The notes under the pieces were generated by a model. The model saw only the letters and a list, made by a program, of their open reading frames with translations, was not told the DNA's origin and searched no databases. Of a stretch of 64,000 nt of DNA, positions 1-11,885 are shown piece by piece. The DNA is from Macrostomum lignano (Eukaryota): contig NIVC01000728.1 in NCBI GenBank assembly GCA_002269645.1, positions 248,001 through 312,000 on the forward strand. The letters run 5' to 3'. The position numbers and the translations under genes are program-made. Each line of letters starts with the position of its first letter. Positions within the stretch are counted from its first letter, which is position 1.

Positions 1-863
1 GTCTGGTAGACGTCGGTGCGCCGCCTGTGCTGTCTGAGCTGGTACGGCCGACGCTGCTGGCCGCCGCCGCCTCCCCCGGCAGCGTCCTCCTCGGTGGCGC
101 CCTCTTCCTCGTCGTCTTCTTCTTCCTCTGCCTCTCTGTTGCGGCGTCGACCCTTGGCGCTGACTTGATTCTCGACGGCAACTAGTTGGCCGTACATGTC
201 GCGGATGAACTTCTTGCGCGGCCGTTTCACCCGGGTGTACATATCGGAGAACTGCTGCTGCTGCTGCTCGTCTGTCGCATTCTTCGACACCGTCGCCGCC
301 TCAGCTGCCTGCTCTGCATCATCCTCCTCGTCATCTTCGTCGACGTTTTCATCAACGTCACTCTGTTGAAGGTGCCGACGCGGCCGCTTCTGCTGTCGGC
401 TGCGCCGGCGCGACAGTCGTTCAACGACGCGTCGAGGCTGCCGGCTACGTCTATCTAAAGACTCTCCATCGTCGTCTTCGCTGTGACCCAGCCCTCCGTT
501 GCCAACCAATTCGTGCTCATCCTCGTCATCTTCATCCTCCTCATCCTCTGTGCTGACGGCGTATCGCAGGCGACGCTTCCGACTGTCGCCAATATGAGCA
601 CCATTCTCACTGGCGGCTAGTCTTCTCGGGCGACCATCTGGCCTGGAGTCATAGTCCTGCTGCTGCTGGTGATGATGGCTATGATGGTGGTGATGGTTAT
701 GATGATGAGGCTGCTGCAGAGGCTGCAACTGACGCTGCGGTGATGTGGCACTGCCGCCAGATTTTCGATTGTTAAACACTGGAGAGGCGCTGGCATTGCT
801 GCCGGCGCCGCAGCCTCTGCTGCCACTTATCTCGAGGGCATCGGATCGCCTCGTGTGTACCAT
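1..863 (-). CDS. ATAD2: ATAD2/ATAD2B-family AAA+ ATPase-bromodomain protein, N-terminal coding exon (continues off the left edge)
   Basis: Hand translation; not in the supplied ORF track. Open frame from ATG at 863: MVHTRRSDALEI...acidic/His/Gln tracts...FSDMYTRVKRPRKKFIRDMYG...QRRPYQLRQHRRRTDVYQ. These match, in order, the ATAD2B motifs as I recall them: MVNTRKS, DMYSRVKRRRK and RPYNLRQRKTVDRYQ. The ATPase and bromodomain lie outside the window. Confidence 0.78.
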   Translation of the reverse strand, partial: MVHTRRSDALEISGSRGCGAGSNASASPVFNNRKSGGSATSPQRQLQPLQQPHHHNHHHHHSHHHQQQQDYDSRPDGRPRRLAASENGAHIGDSRKRRLRYAVSTEDEEDEDDEDEHELVGNGGLGHSEDDDGESLDRRSRQPRRVVERLSRRRSRQQKRPRRHLQQSDVDENVDEDDEEDDAEQAAEAATVSKNATDEQQQQQFSDMYTRVKRPRKKFIRDMYGQLVAVENQVSAKGRRRNREAEEEEDDEEEGATEEDAAGGGGGGQQRRPYQLRQHRRRTDVYQ

Positions 864-965
864 GTGGGCTGGATTAAAAAAAACAGCAAAACATCTGGCT
901 ATAATATACTTCAGGATTTGATCTAAAAGTATAGAGACATATCAAAGTAAACAGCTACATGAAGG

Positions 966-1305
966 GGGGCCATAGCCCAGCAGTCTAGCGCAGGCTCTGG
1001 TGTGCCAGCGACCCAGGCTTGATTCCAAGTGCAGTCACATTAATTTGGGGCTGAATTGGAATCTCGGCTTGGCTCTGCTCGTGCAATTAATGGCCTTGAG
1101 AGCCAAACCCCCAAGGCGCAGTGAAGTGTACATGCCTAACAATAAAAATAAAGTTAGGGCCGCTGTACACTCCTGTGTGTGTGTGCCTGCGTACGTATCC
1201 GCGCGCTTGTGTGCCTACTCAGGGGAGTTGGCGGAATTGGCAGTAATGCCTCTCGCCAGTTGTGTGCCTATGTCGCTTAAGGTGCGCCAGGGTGCACACA
1301 ACCCC
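966..1305 (+). mobile_element. tRNA-headed SINE-like dispersed repeat, copy 1
   Basis: The head GGGGCCATAGCCCAGCAGTCTAG...CCAGGCTTGATTCC has A-box-like and B-box-like motifs. The body matches the reverse complement of 20056-20333. Confidence 0.6.
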
Positions 1306-4300
1306 CCTGCCTTTTCTTTCTTCTTCTAAACAGCTACATGTATTTGTGTGTTTTGTGTTAAGTGTCTATCATAGGGTCAATATTTTAAGTCAATTAGTCA
1401 ATTTGTCTTTTTTAGTTTTATAAAATCCTTTTGTGTAGATTTCTTTGCATGTCTTTGGTGACTGTCTTAAAGTTTTATAATGAATGACCTTCCTGATTTA
1501 TAGATACATCTCTATAATTATAAATGATTTATTACAAATTTATGTACCACCTATATATTTATATATCTATATACCTCAATACAAAAACTAAAATAACTTA
1601 TATATATATATACAAAGCTTTTTATCTAGGCCTATACTTTTAATATTTTCTGCTAGCTAATTGCCAAAGAAAAAAGCTAAGCCAAGATCTAATTAGTTAT
1701 ATACTTTCATTTTGTATTGAAAATCTACTTAATCTAATTGATTTAAACTAGTAATCCTATCCTATAAATATAATATATTGAAGATAACCATTATATAGAA
1801 TATTCTGGCATATAATATATATATGCATAGTAGATTTGTGGATAGGGCTTTGGCATATAGATTAGCATATATAAATATATGACATTGCAATATATTAATA
1901 AAATAATAAGAATTTTTTTTGATTTATAATTTTTTTTAAAAACATTTAAACAATTGTTGAAATAATTTTTTATCAAAAATATAGGCCTTATATATCAAGT
2001 AGGGACTCTGACGAGCTGAAAAACAGGGCCAAAAGTCGCAGAAAAAATGTAAATAGTGCCTATCATAAATTGAAATAGAGCCAATATACAAATGAACCAG
2101 AAAAATTGAAACATACACTGAAAACAGACAAAAATGGAACATATGTCAATAGTTTTTAACTATCTTAAAATGTGCAACACAAACCAAGTTAGGGGCCTAT
2201 GTTAGATGGAAGTTTGGCTACTTTTGGTAGAAAAACCAAAGTGAGGACACAACTTAAAAAACCAATGTTTTGGAAATTTAAATTTAGAGTAAATTAAGCC
2301 CATTTAAACACAAATAAAGACCAGATATGAGTAGAGTAGCAATTAAAGTGTGTTCAAGGACAAAACAGCAAGAAAAAATTTCCTAATGTCCCTATTTGGC
2401 TAGTGGGAATTTTTTTCAAACCCTTTTAATGACAGCAATGATTCAATGTTTGGTTTCAAACAGGGCCTTGTAGAGTGTATTGATTGTAATTAACACATCC
2501 AAAAAAGGTATTCCTGTGGAGAATTTTCTTAGGTTGTAGTTTTTGCACTGAATGTCCATAAGGATTTAAAAAATATCTTTTTATTATGGAAAAGAAGCAA
2601 CAAAGTTTTGAAATCTTTTTTTAGCATAGATTTCATAGGCCTATCTGAATACAATGCAATAATCAGTTTGTGTGTAAAGTGTCCTGCATGGGCATTTTTT
2701 TGCATTTGAAGTTTTCTAAAGCTACTGACAGTAGAAAAATTAGCATTTTTTATTATTTTCTGCAAGAGAGCAAAACTTATTTTTAATTTTTTACTTTCTT
2801 CATTTTTCTTTTGTTTTATTATCCAAAATGGCATACAAACAAAAGGAAACAATGATCTCATTGCCAGATTTTCCCACAACCCCAATAATGGTATTAATGG
2901 TTTGGGTAAACAGCAGGAGTAAATACCTTGTCATCTAATTAGTATTAATTAGGCCTATCTTCACCTGTCTAGTCAGACTTAGTAGACTTAGTAGACAGAC
3001 TAGGGACTCCAGTGAGATTTTGAAATTTTATATTTCTACAATTTTTATTAGGCCCTAACATATATGCCCAACCTCAAAATTTCACCTGTCCAATGTGACT
3101 TAGTTTTGTCCAGATTTGTGACTTTGTTCCTTTCAATTGTGACTTTAGTTCCCCCAATTGTGACTTAATTTTCACTTTGTATATGACTTCTTGTTTTTCT
3201 TTCTCTTTTCTTTTTCTCTTTTCCCTTTCTCTTTTTCTCTTTTCTTTCCTCCCCCAATTTTTCATTTTTTTGTTTTCAATTTTGCGACTTACCTTGGCTT
3301 ATCCAGTTGTTACCTAGAACAAGAAATAGCCAAAGGACTTTTCTAAGTAAAGGTGGCGCCAGAAGTACTCATTCAAGTAATCAAGTGCAAATTGAATAGG
3401 CCATTGCTAGTGCTATTCATGTTTTGGAAGTTTGCCTTGATATGCATCCAAGTCCCTTGGCTTCAATGATATTCATATGTAAAGTTCCTAATTTGTAGTT
3501 TCTAACTAGATCTGGGTTGTTTATTATTATGCCATTTAGTGAGCTCAGTGGACTATTGACTGCTATGGACTAATTTTAACTCATAGGCCTAATTTAACGC
3601 AGGAAAACAAGGCCCAAAGATTATGCCAGGAATAGGCTCAGTTAACAAAAACAATGAAAGTTGCTAATTGTTCTACAAATATAAAATACTCATATTATAC
3701 CTAGCCTAGTATGAGTAGGGCCTATTTTATATTAGGCCTAGTCATAGTATAGGCCTAACTTACTTACAGATTTATATCAAACACAATAAACAAGGCCTAA
3801 ACACTTCGCCTGGATACTTAAGTTAAGCATTTGAAGTTTTGGCAGCTTTTCTGCCTTGGCTTCAGCAGGAGCAGCTCAGCTTTTTTAAAAGAACTAAGCC
3901 AGGCCGCCTCCTGACAGCTTAGTTGTAGAACATAAGTAAATTAGTAGGCCTATAGGCCTAAGGAAAGTGTATAGGCCTAGCCTAGGTTCAGTTCAGAAAA
4001 GATAACAGATAAGAGACAGTAGGTTGATAAGTTCTGTCATTTATTTGACTCAAAGCCAATTGCAGATTAAAATACAGGCGAAGCGCGTGGCTGTTAAAAG
4101 GGATAGGCCTAGGACTCTAATATTTAATGTATATAAAAAGAAGGCAGGCGACAAGGCCTAATCACATGGGGCCCGTAGAACTAGCTAGCTGATGTTGAAA
4201 TTATTAACAAATGTATTATTTAAAACCTAGAACTGCTATACACTTCGGCTTGCTTTTAGATATCGATGGTTATTGATATAGTGATTCTTAATAAATGACA

Positions 4301-5327
4301 GTAAAATTGTTCGTTTTAGCTTTGAACTTCACACCACTGCCAAAGTATTTGTTAAAACGACTGAAACTACTGTAAATTAAATGAACAATAAATTAAAAGT
4401 CAATGACCAATTTTAGGTCAGATCGAGGTCGGATCCCAGCGATATCGTAATTCAGAGATTCCACCTTCACGTTCTGACGTTCAGTGGTGTAGCTAGACGC
4501 CAGGATTTTCATCTGGTGAGGGTAGTCGCGGGCAAAACATGCATAGTAAATGTTATTGTAACAATCGATGGTAAATTACACCACAGAAGATTTTTGCCAC
4601 TATGCCGCCCAGTCCTAGTTCCTAGTCTCTGAACTGAACGAAATATTTTAGCGTCACAGGCTTGGTTTTAGCACTGCAGGCAAATTATAGCTCTTGAAAT
4701 TGTGTTACTATAAACCTTATATTGACAATTAAAACAATGGGAAGCACTTTAAATTTATTTAATCTAATGTAGATTATTGAATGATTTCTTGGTTATTCTC
4801 GATCATTTTTACGACTTTTATTATTTCAGTGATCTTGTAATATCCGCAAATTTGTCTAATTTTCATTATCAAAAGTAAATTGGCAAAAATATTTACAACT
4901 TCAATCTGAGACCTAAGTGACTGACTGGTAATTTTTTATATTCCTTATTAGAATGAATCTCATCATATCATGAATGTGTGGTTATATGCACGATTTTATA
5001 GTTTTCGAAATATAAAATATGTACTTGCTTTAATTTGGTCATTGTATAATAAGTTGAGCAGGAACAAAAACTAACTAGAAAACATAACAACTAAAAAAGA
5101 TTATTGTTTCAATTATAACTGACGTTTTTCTCCAGCTGAACTTAACTTGGGTTTAACAGGATATGCTATATTAAGCATTTAATATTTCTAAGTTTTATGC
5201 ATTTATATTTTTTATTATTACCATTGGAATTTGCTGTTTAGACTGATAGACTCATCCAGAACACCGGATATTTTGCTTTCTTCATTCCCAGGCGGAGGAG
5301 AGCAGAAAATAATTCTAAAGCGCAGCT

Positions 5328-5712
5328 ATGCAGAGCCCAGACAGCTATGAACAGTCAATTAGCGTCTGGGACATTGTCTGCCAGTACTCAGCAGTCTCTG
5401 AGCACCATGAGCTGCGTCAGCTAATTGGGGAAGACCTGATCGATCAGACATTGGAGCTGCGCCGTGAGCTCGAGCTGCTCCTCGAGCTCCTGGCTGACGC
5501 GGACGATGGTCAGCAGCCGCCGCTGCCTCCACCGGCCGCTCGCCTGCCGGAGCCGCCGCAGATGCGAGAGCGACTCACCCAGGAGATTGTATTTTTCCTA
5601 GAGAGCATCCGAGAGCGAACCAGGCGGTCTGGCGGAATCGGCTCAGACGACTTGAAGCGGCTGGCTGTGAGCCAGGAAGTGGTGGACTACGCCTACGAGA
5701 GCAGCAGCAGCC
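5328..5712 (+). CDS. CCDC24: CCDC24 homologue, coding exon 1
   Basis: SVWDIVCQYSAVSEHHELRQLIGEDLIDQTLELRRELELL resembles the CCDC24 N-terminus (SLWELV...EVKRILGE..VDLSLELRAEV). Phase-1 donor C|GTGAGC at 5713. Confidence 0.8.
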
Positions 5713-6952
5713 GTGAGCTTTGTGCTGATTTTGAGCTCACCATTTGCCCCCCCCCATCACACGCCATCAATGAGTCCAGCAGCCGTGAGCTTTGTGCTGA
5801 TTTTGAGCTCACCATTTGCCCCCCCCCATCACACGCCATCAATGAGTCCAGCAGCCGTGAGCTTTGTGCTGATTTTGAGCTCACCATTTGCCGCCCCCCC
5901 ATCACACGCCATCAATGAGTCCAGCAGCCGTGAGCTTTGTGCTGATTTTGAGCTCACCATTTGCCGCCCCCCCCATCACACGCCATCAAAGAGTCCAGCA
6001 GCCGTGAGCTTTGTGCTGATTTTGAGCTCACCATTTGCCGCCCCCCATCACACGCCATCAATGAGTCCAGCAGCCGTGAGCTTTGTGCTGATTTTGAGCT
6101 CACCATTTGCCCCCCCCATCACACGCCATCAATGAGTCCAGCAGCCGTGAGCTTTGTGCTGATTTTGAGCTCACCATTTGCCGCCCCCCCCCATCACACG
6201 CCATCAAAGAGTCCAGCAGCCGTGAGCTTTGTGCTGATTTTGAGCTCACCATTTGCCGCCCCCCATCACACGCCATCAATGAGTCCAGCAGCCGTGAGCT
6301 TTGTGCTGATTTTGAGCTCACCATTTGCCGCCCCCCCCCCATCACACGCCATCAATGAGTCCAGCAGCCGTGAGCTTTGTGCTGATTTTGAGCTCACCAT
6401 TTGCCGCCCCCCCATCACACGCCATCAAAGAGTCCAGCAGCCGTGAGCTTTGTGCTGATTTTGAGCTCACCATTTGCCGCCCCCCCCCCATCACACGCCA
6501 TCAAAGAGTCCAGCAGCCGTGAGCTTTGTGCTGATTTTGAGCTCACCATTTGCCGCCCCCCCCCATCACACGCCATCAAAGAGTCCAGCAGCCGTGAGCT
6601 TTGTGCTGATTTTGAGCTCACCATTTGCCGCCCCCCCCATCACACGCCATCAAAGAGTCCAGCAGCCGTGAGCTTTGTGCTGATTTTGAGCTCACCATTT
6701 GCCGCCCCCCCCCATCACACGCCATCAAAGAGTCCAGCAGCCGTGAGCTTTGTGCTGATTTTGAGCTCACCATTTGCCCCCCCCATCACACGCCATCAAT
6801 GAGTCCAGCAGCCGTGAGCTTTGTGCTGATTTTGAGCTCACCATTTGCCGCCCCCCCCATCACACGCCATCAATGAGTCCAGCAGCCGTGAGCTTTGTGC
6901 TGATTTTGAGCTCACCATTTGCCGCCCCCCCCATCACACGCCATCAATGAGT
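5705..6952. repeat. 72-76 bp minisatellite, about 17 units, spanning the CCDC24 exon1/intron1 junction
   Basis: Unit AGTCCAGCAGCCGTGAGCTTTGTGCTGATTTTGAGCTCACCATTTGCCGCCCCCCCATCACACGCCATCAATG; length varies in the C-run. Confidence 0.95.
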
Positions 6953-7282
6953 CAAGTTTTTTCGTGATTTGATGGCGGTGTAAACAAGCCTTTATACACT
7001 TAGTTGGGGCATCTAGTGTTTTCTCTGACATTATTCAACATTATTGAGAATGACTCAACTTAACAACTGTGATATCATATAAATTTGTGTTAAAGAAGTC
7101 ATGCATTTCTACGAGTAGACAGTCAGATAGAGAGGCTTCACGGGAAAATGTTTGCTGACCCTTGGCCTGCGGTACCAATCTTTCTCGAATGGCTCTCAGT
7201 ATATGAAATTTATTCCATCCAAACACTTTATCCTCTACTTATTCAGTGGGCATATTCGACAATAAATCGACTTTCTTTGCAG

Positions 7283-7469
7283 GCCCCTCAACTGGCATGT
7301 CGCGCCTCTCACTGGGCGAAGTGCGCGTCACCCCGTGCTCAAGCCGGCCTGGGTCCAGGTCGGCCAGGAGCGTCACTGCTGCTGGCTCGGCAGCCGCAGA
7401 GGTGGACGTCGCCCAGATGCGCGACCAGCTTACCTACATGCGCTGCGACGAAGTTAGAAAGAGGCTCAG
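7283..7469 (+). CDS. CCDC24: CCDC24 homologue, coding exon 2
   Basis: Acceptor TTTCTTTGCAG| is phase-compatible with exon 1. Encodes ...VDVAQMRDQLTYMRCDEVRKRLR (cf. [22 protein letters not shown]). Donor AG|GTGAGT at 7470. Confidence 0.8.
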
Positions 7470-7489
7470 GTGAGTTCCGTTGGTTTGTT

Positions 7490-7557
7490 GCAATAGTTAG
7501 TTAATTAGCTTAGTTAGTTGGCTAGTTAGTTATTAGTTAGCTAATTAGTTTGTTAGC

Positions 7558-7612
<55 letters not shown>

Positions 7613-8162
7613 CTAGTTAGTTAGTTAGTAGATAGCGAGAAAGAGCGAGCGAAGCGAGCTCTTTCGAGCTTGCTTGCCGCAGCCAATCAAGCTGAAAGCA
7701 CGCACACAAGATCACCGGAAACGATTAAGGCAGCTGGAAAGCCAATGGGCGCGGTAAGCGCTTTTATCCAGAGGAACTACCTGCTGGAACCAGCTATGCC
7801 GAACGAAAATCAGACTACTCAAGTAGTGCAAAAGAGTACGTGCAACTACCGAGAAATCTAATTTTCGTAACCACTCCGGTGCAGGTCCTGGCTATAGATA
7901 GTAGATAGCGAGAAAGAGCGAGCGAAGCGAGCTCTTTCGAGCTTGCTTGCCGCAGCCAATCAAGCTGAAAGCACGCACACAAGATCGCCGGAAACGATTA
8001 AGGCAGCTGGAAAGCCAATGGGCGCGGTAAGCGCTTTTATCCAGAGGAACTACCTGCTGGAACCAGCCATGCCGAACGAAAATCAGACTACTCAAGTAGT
8101 GCAAAAGAGTACGTGCAACTACCGAGAAATCTAATTTTCGTAACCGCTCCGGTGCAGGTCCG

Positions 8163-8193
<31 letters not shown>

Positions 8194-8322
8194 GGTTGGT
8201 TAGTTAGTTAGTTGGTTGGTTAGTTAGTTAGTTAGTTAGTTAATTAGTTAGTTATTTAGTTCGTTCGTTAGTTCGTTAGTTCGTTAGTTAGTTATTTAGT
8301 TAGTTCGTTAGTTCGTTAGTTC

Positions 8323-8353
<31 letters not shown>

Positions 8354-8411
8354 GGTTAGTTAGTTAGTTAGTTAGTTAGTTAGCTAGTTAGTTAGTTTAT
8401 TAGTTAGTTAT

Positions 8412-8452
<41 letters not shown>

Positions 8453-8453
8453 C

Positions 8454-8484
<31 letters not shown>

Positions 8485-8561
8485 CAGTCAGTTAGTTAGT
8501 TAGTTAGCTAGTTAGTTAGTTAGTTAGTTAGTTAGTCAGTCAGTTAGTTAGTTAGTTAGTC

Positions 8562-8592
<31 letters not shown>

Positions 8593-8629
8593 CAGTCAGT
8601 CAGTTAGTTAGTTAGTTAGTTAGTTAGTC

Positions 8630-8660
<31 letters not shown>

Positions 8661-8739
8661 CAGTCAGTTAGTTAGTTAGTCAGTTAGTTAGTTAGTTAGT
8701 CAGTCAGTCAGTCAGTTAGTTAGTTAGTTAGTTAGTTAT

Positions 8740-8772
<33 letters not shown>

Positions 8773-8813
8773 CAGTCAGTCAGTCAGTTAGTTAGTTAGT
8801 TAGTTAGTTAGTC

Positions 8814-8844
<31 letters not shown>

Positions 8845-8919
8845 CAGTCAGTTAGTTAGTTAGTCAGTTAGTTAGTTAGTTAGTCAGTCAGTCAGTCAGT
8901 TAGTTAGTTAGTTAGTTAT

Positions 8920-8952
<33 letters not shown>

Positions 8953-9063
8953 CAGTCAGTCAGTCAGTTAGTTAGTTAGTTAGTTAGTTAGTCAGTTAGT
9001 TAGTTAGTTAGTTAGTTAATTAGTTAGTTAGTTAGCTAGTTAGTTAGTTAATTAGTTAGTTAT

Positions 9064-9096
<33 letters not shown>

Positions 9097-9225
9097 CAGT
9101 TAGTTAGTTAGTTAGTTAGTTAGTCAGTTAGTTAGTTAGTTAGTCAGTCAGTCAGTCAGTTAGTTAGTTAGTCAGTCAGTCAGTCAGTTAGTTAGTTAGC
9201 TACATGTAGCTAGTTAGCTAGTTAA
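7490..9225. repeat. (TTAG)n/(TCAG)n microsatellite interrupted by a duplicated 273-bp element
   Basis: Pure and degenerate TTAG runs at about 7490-7630 and about 8162-9225. Confidence 0.95.
7629..8162. repeat. Head-to-tail dimer of a 273-bp non-coding element, class unknown
   Basis: Two near-identical copies offset by 273 bp (identical spurious ORFs at 7670 and 7943). Each starts GATAGCGAGAAAGAGCGAGCGAAGCGAGCTCTTTC and ends CCGGTGCAGGTCCYGG. Confidence 0.85.
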
Positions 9226-9744
9226 TCACACGGGTGCATGCGGCCAGACTTCTCGTCATTAGGCGTGTACACTTTCTTTGGCTCATTTAGTCGCTAAAGA
9301 TTTATCAAGGCGTAAAATTGCCGAGCTGGAGTCAATTAAAATGATAATCTTGTTTGGGACACCGGTTATAATTTAGTTTCTCTTCTCTTGATATAATTTT
9401 TTGTGAAAGAAAACTGGCAGTTGTTCCTACTTTTAGTAAGATTTATTCCGCTTATTAACGAGCAAGGAGCGCATGTTTTTCTAACTATGATTAACAAAAT
9501 CGTGACTGTTAGACCATATGCATCCGCTGCACAATCTTGAATTCCATTAACCTAATAGGCTTAGGATGTCTGTTTCAGTTCAATCTTATCACTCCATTAG
9601 ACTGAAATCCTTAGTCCACGAGAGTTTGGCTCATCAACATAAGAAGCTTTAGAAATTTTGAAAAGTTCCCGCTGTGCTGCAATTTCATTACCTGGCAGCT
9701 ATTTTTAAATCCTTTAACTTTAAATTTTACTTGTCCATAGGCAG

Positions 9745-10120
9745 TAGCTTCACAACCCCCGAGATTCACAACCTCTAAGATTCACAAACCCCGAGATACA
9801 CAACCCCGAGATTCACAAACCTCCCGAGATACACAAACCCCGAGATACACAACCCCGAGATACACAACCCCGAGATTCACAAACCCCGAGATTCACAAAC
9901 CCCGAGATACACAACCCCGAGATACACAACCCCGAGATACACAACTCTCCCTCCTCGAGATTCACAACCCCGAGATTCACAAACTCCGAGATTCGCAACC
10001 TCGAGAGTCACTACCCCTGAGATTTGCAACATCCCGAGATTCACAACATCCCGAGATTCACAACCCCATGAGATTCACTACCCTCGAGATTCACAACCCC
10101 GAACTTCACAACCCTCAAGC
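9745..10120. repeat. Short-unit (15-20 bp) minisatellite
   Basis: Repeated CCCGAGAT(T/A)CACAA(A)C. Confidence 0.9.
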
Positions 10121-10308
10121 TTCGAAATTTCCAAACTACAAAAAACTATTAAAAAATTACACCAGACTTCAGAGCATTCAGTTAGAGTTGAATGTAAGAG
10201 TAAACCAAGTCTGTAATAAAGCGAATTTGCTCAAGACAACATTCCGTGAGCCACTATCTATTCTATAGTCACGCTAAATCGCTATAAAAAATGGTAATTC
10301 AAAACCAG

Positions 10309-10684
10309 GCAATATCTTCAAGAGGAAATCGAGGCGCTTAAGGAAGACCTTGCCAGCATGCAGGAGGCGGTAGCGTCCGGTAGGTCGTCACCCAGCATTG
10401 TCTCGGCCCGGGCCACCTACAGAGAGCCGACTCTGGCGGAGCTTCGAACCGAACGCCACAAACTGGAACAGGCTCTGCTGTCGTCGGCCGCCTCCGATGC
10501 TCCCCTGATTCAACAGCAGCCCAGTCAGCAGCACCTGCAGTTCAACAAGCCGGCCAACGCGTCCATTGCTAGACAGCCGAGTGAGCAGTTTGCAAGGCGA
10601 CCATCGTCTGCGCAGCGACTTCGTTCGCTGGTGCAGCAGAGCCGGTTACAGCCGGAGCTGCCCGCTGTGGTTAACTCTGATTGA
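10309..10684 (+). CDS. CCDC24: CCDC24 homologue, coding exon 3 (probably terminal)
   Basis: Phase-2-compatible acceptor CCAG|G. Encodes QYLQEEIEALKEDLASMQE...EPTLAELRTERHKLEQAL, matching the CCDC24 motif EPTLAELKEQKKAMEQEL. Stop at 10682-10684; further splicing is not excluded. Confidence 0.72.
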
Positions 10685-10844
10685 AGTGACAGATTTCAGG
10701 TTTTTTTCAGCTTCTGTTTATCTGCATCGCAGTTCAGTTTTTAGTCTCCAAAATAGTTGTGGTCAGATGCTTCAGAAATTCAAATAGATTGCTGCTTGAC
10801 CATTGTGAGCCTTTGGTTTTTGCTGGATGTGATCAATCATGGTC

Positions 10845-11885
10845 TTCTACCCGTCCACTGGACATCAACCACAGGTCTTCTCTCTCCAGTCCACTGGACA
10901 TCAACCACAGGTCTTCTCTCTCCTCTGGTCCACTGGACATCAACCACAGGTCTTCTCTCTCTCCCCAGTCCACTGGACATCAATCACCGGTCTTCTCTCC
11001 AGTCCACTAGACATCAACCACCGATCTTCTCCCCAGTCCACTGGACATCAAACACGGTCTTCTCTCTCCCCCAGTCTACTGGACATCAAACACGGTCTTC
11101 TCCCCAGTCCACTGGACATCAACTACCGGTCTTCTCCCTCCTCTGGTCCACTGGACATCAACCACCGGTCTTCTCCCCAGTCCACTGGACATCAACTACC
11201 GGTCTTCTCCCCAGTCCATTGGACATCAACTACCGGTCTTCTCCCCAGTCCACTAGACATCAACCACCGGTCTTCTCCCCAGTCCACTAGACATCAACCA
11301 CCGGTCTTCTCCCCAGTCCATTGGACATCAAACACGGTCTTCTCTCTCCCCCAGTCCACTGGACATCAACCACAGGTCTTCTCTCTCCTCTGGTCCACTG
11401 GAAATCAACCACAGGTCTTCTCTCTCCTCCAGTCCACTGGACATCAATCACCGGTCTTCTCTCTCCCCCAGTCCACTGGACATCAACCACCGGTCTTCTC
11501 CCCAGTCCACTAGACATCAACCACCGGTCTTCTCCCCAGTCCACTAGACATCAACCACCGGTCTTCTCCCCAGTCCACTAGACATCAACCACCGGTCTTC
11601 TCCCCAGTCCATTGGACATCAACCACCGGTCTTCTCCCCAGTCCACTGGACATCAAACACGGTCTTCTCCCCAGTCCACTAGACATCAACCACCGGTCTT
11701 CTCCCCAGTCCATTGGACATCAACCACCGGTCTTCTCCCCAGTCCACTGGACATCAAACACGGTCTTCTCCCCAGTCCACTAGACATCAAACACCGGTCT
11801 TCTCCCCAGTCCATTGGACATCAAACACGGTCTTCTCTCTCTCCCAGTCTACTGAACATCAACCACCGATCTGCTCACCCAGTCC
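10845..11885. repeat. About 34-38 bp minisatellite
   Basis: Repeated CCAGTCCACTGGACATCAACCACCGGTCTTCTCC with variants. Confidence 0.92.

Noticed and set aside
7490-9225. (TTAG)n as telomeric or interstitial telomeric repeat
   Set aside because: The unit is TTAG, not TTAGG or TTAGGG; treated as an ordinary microsatellite.
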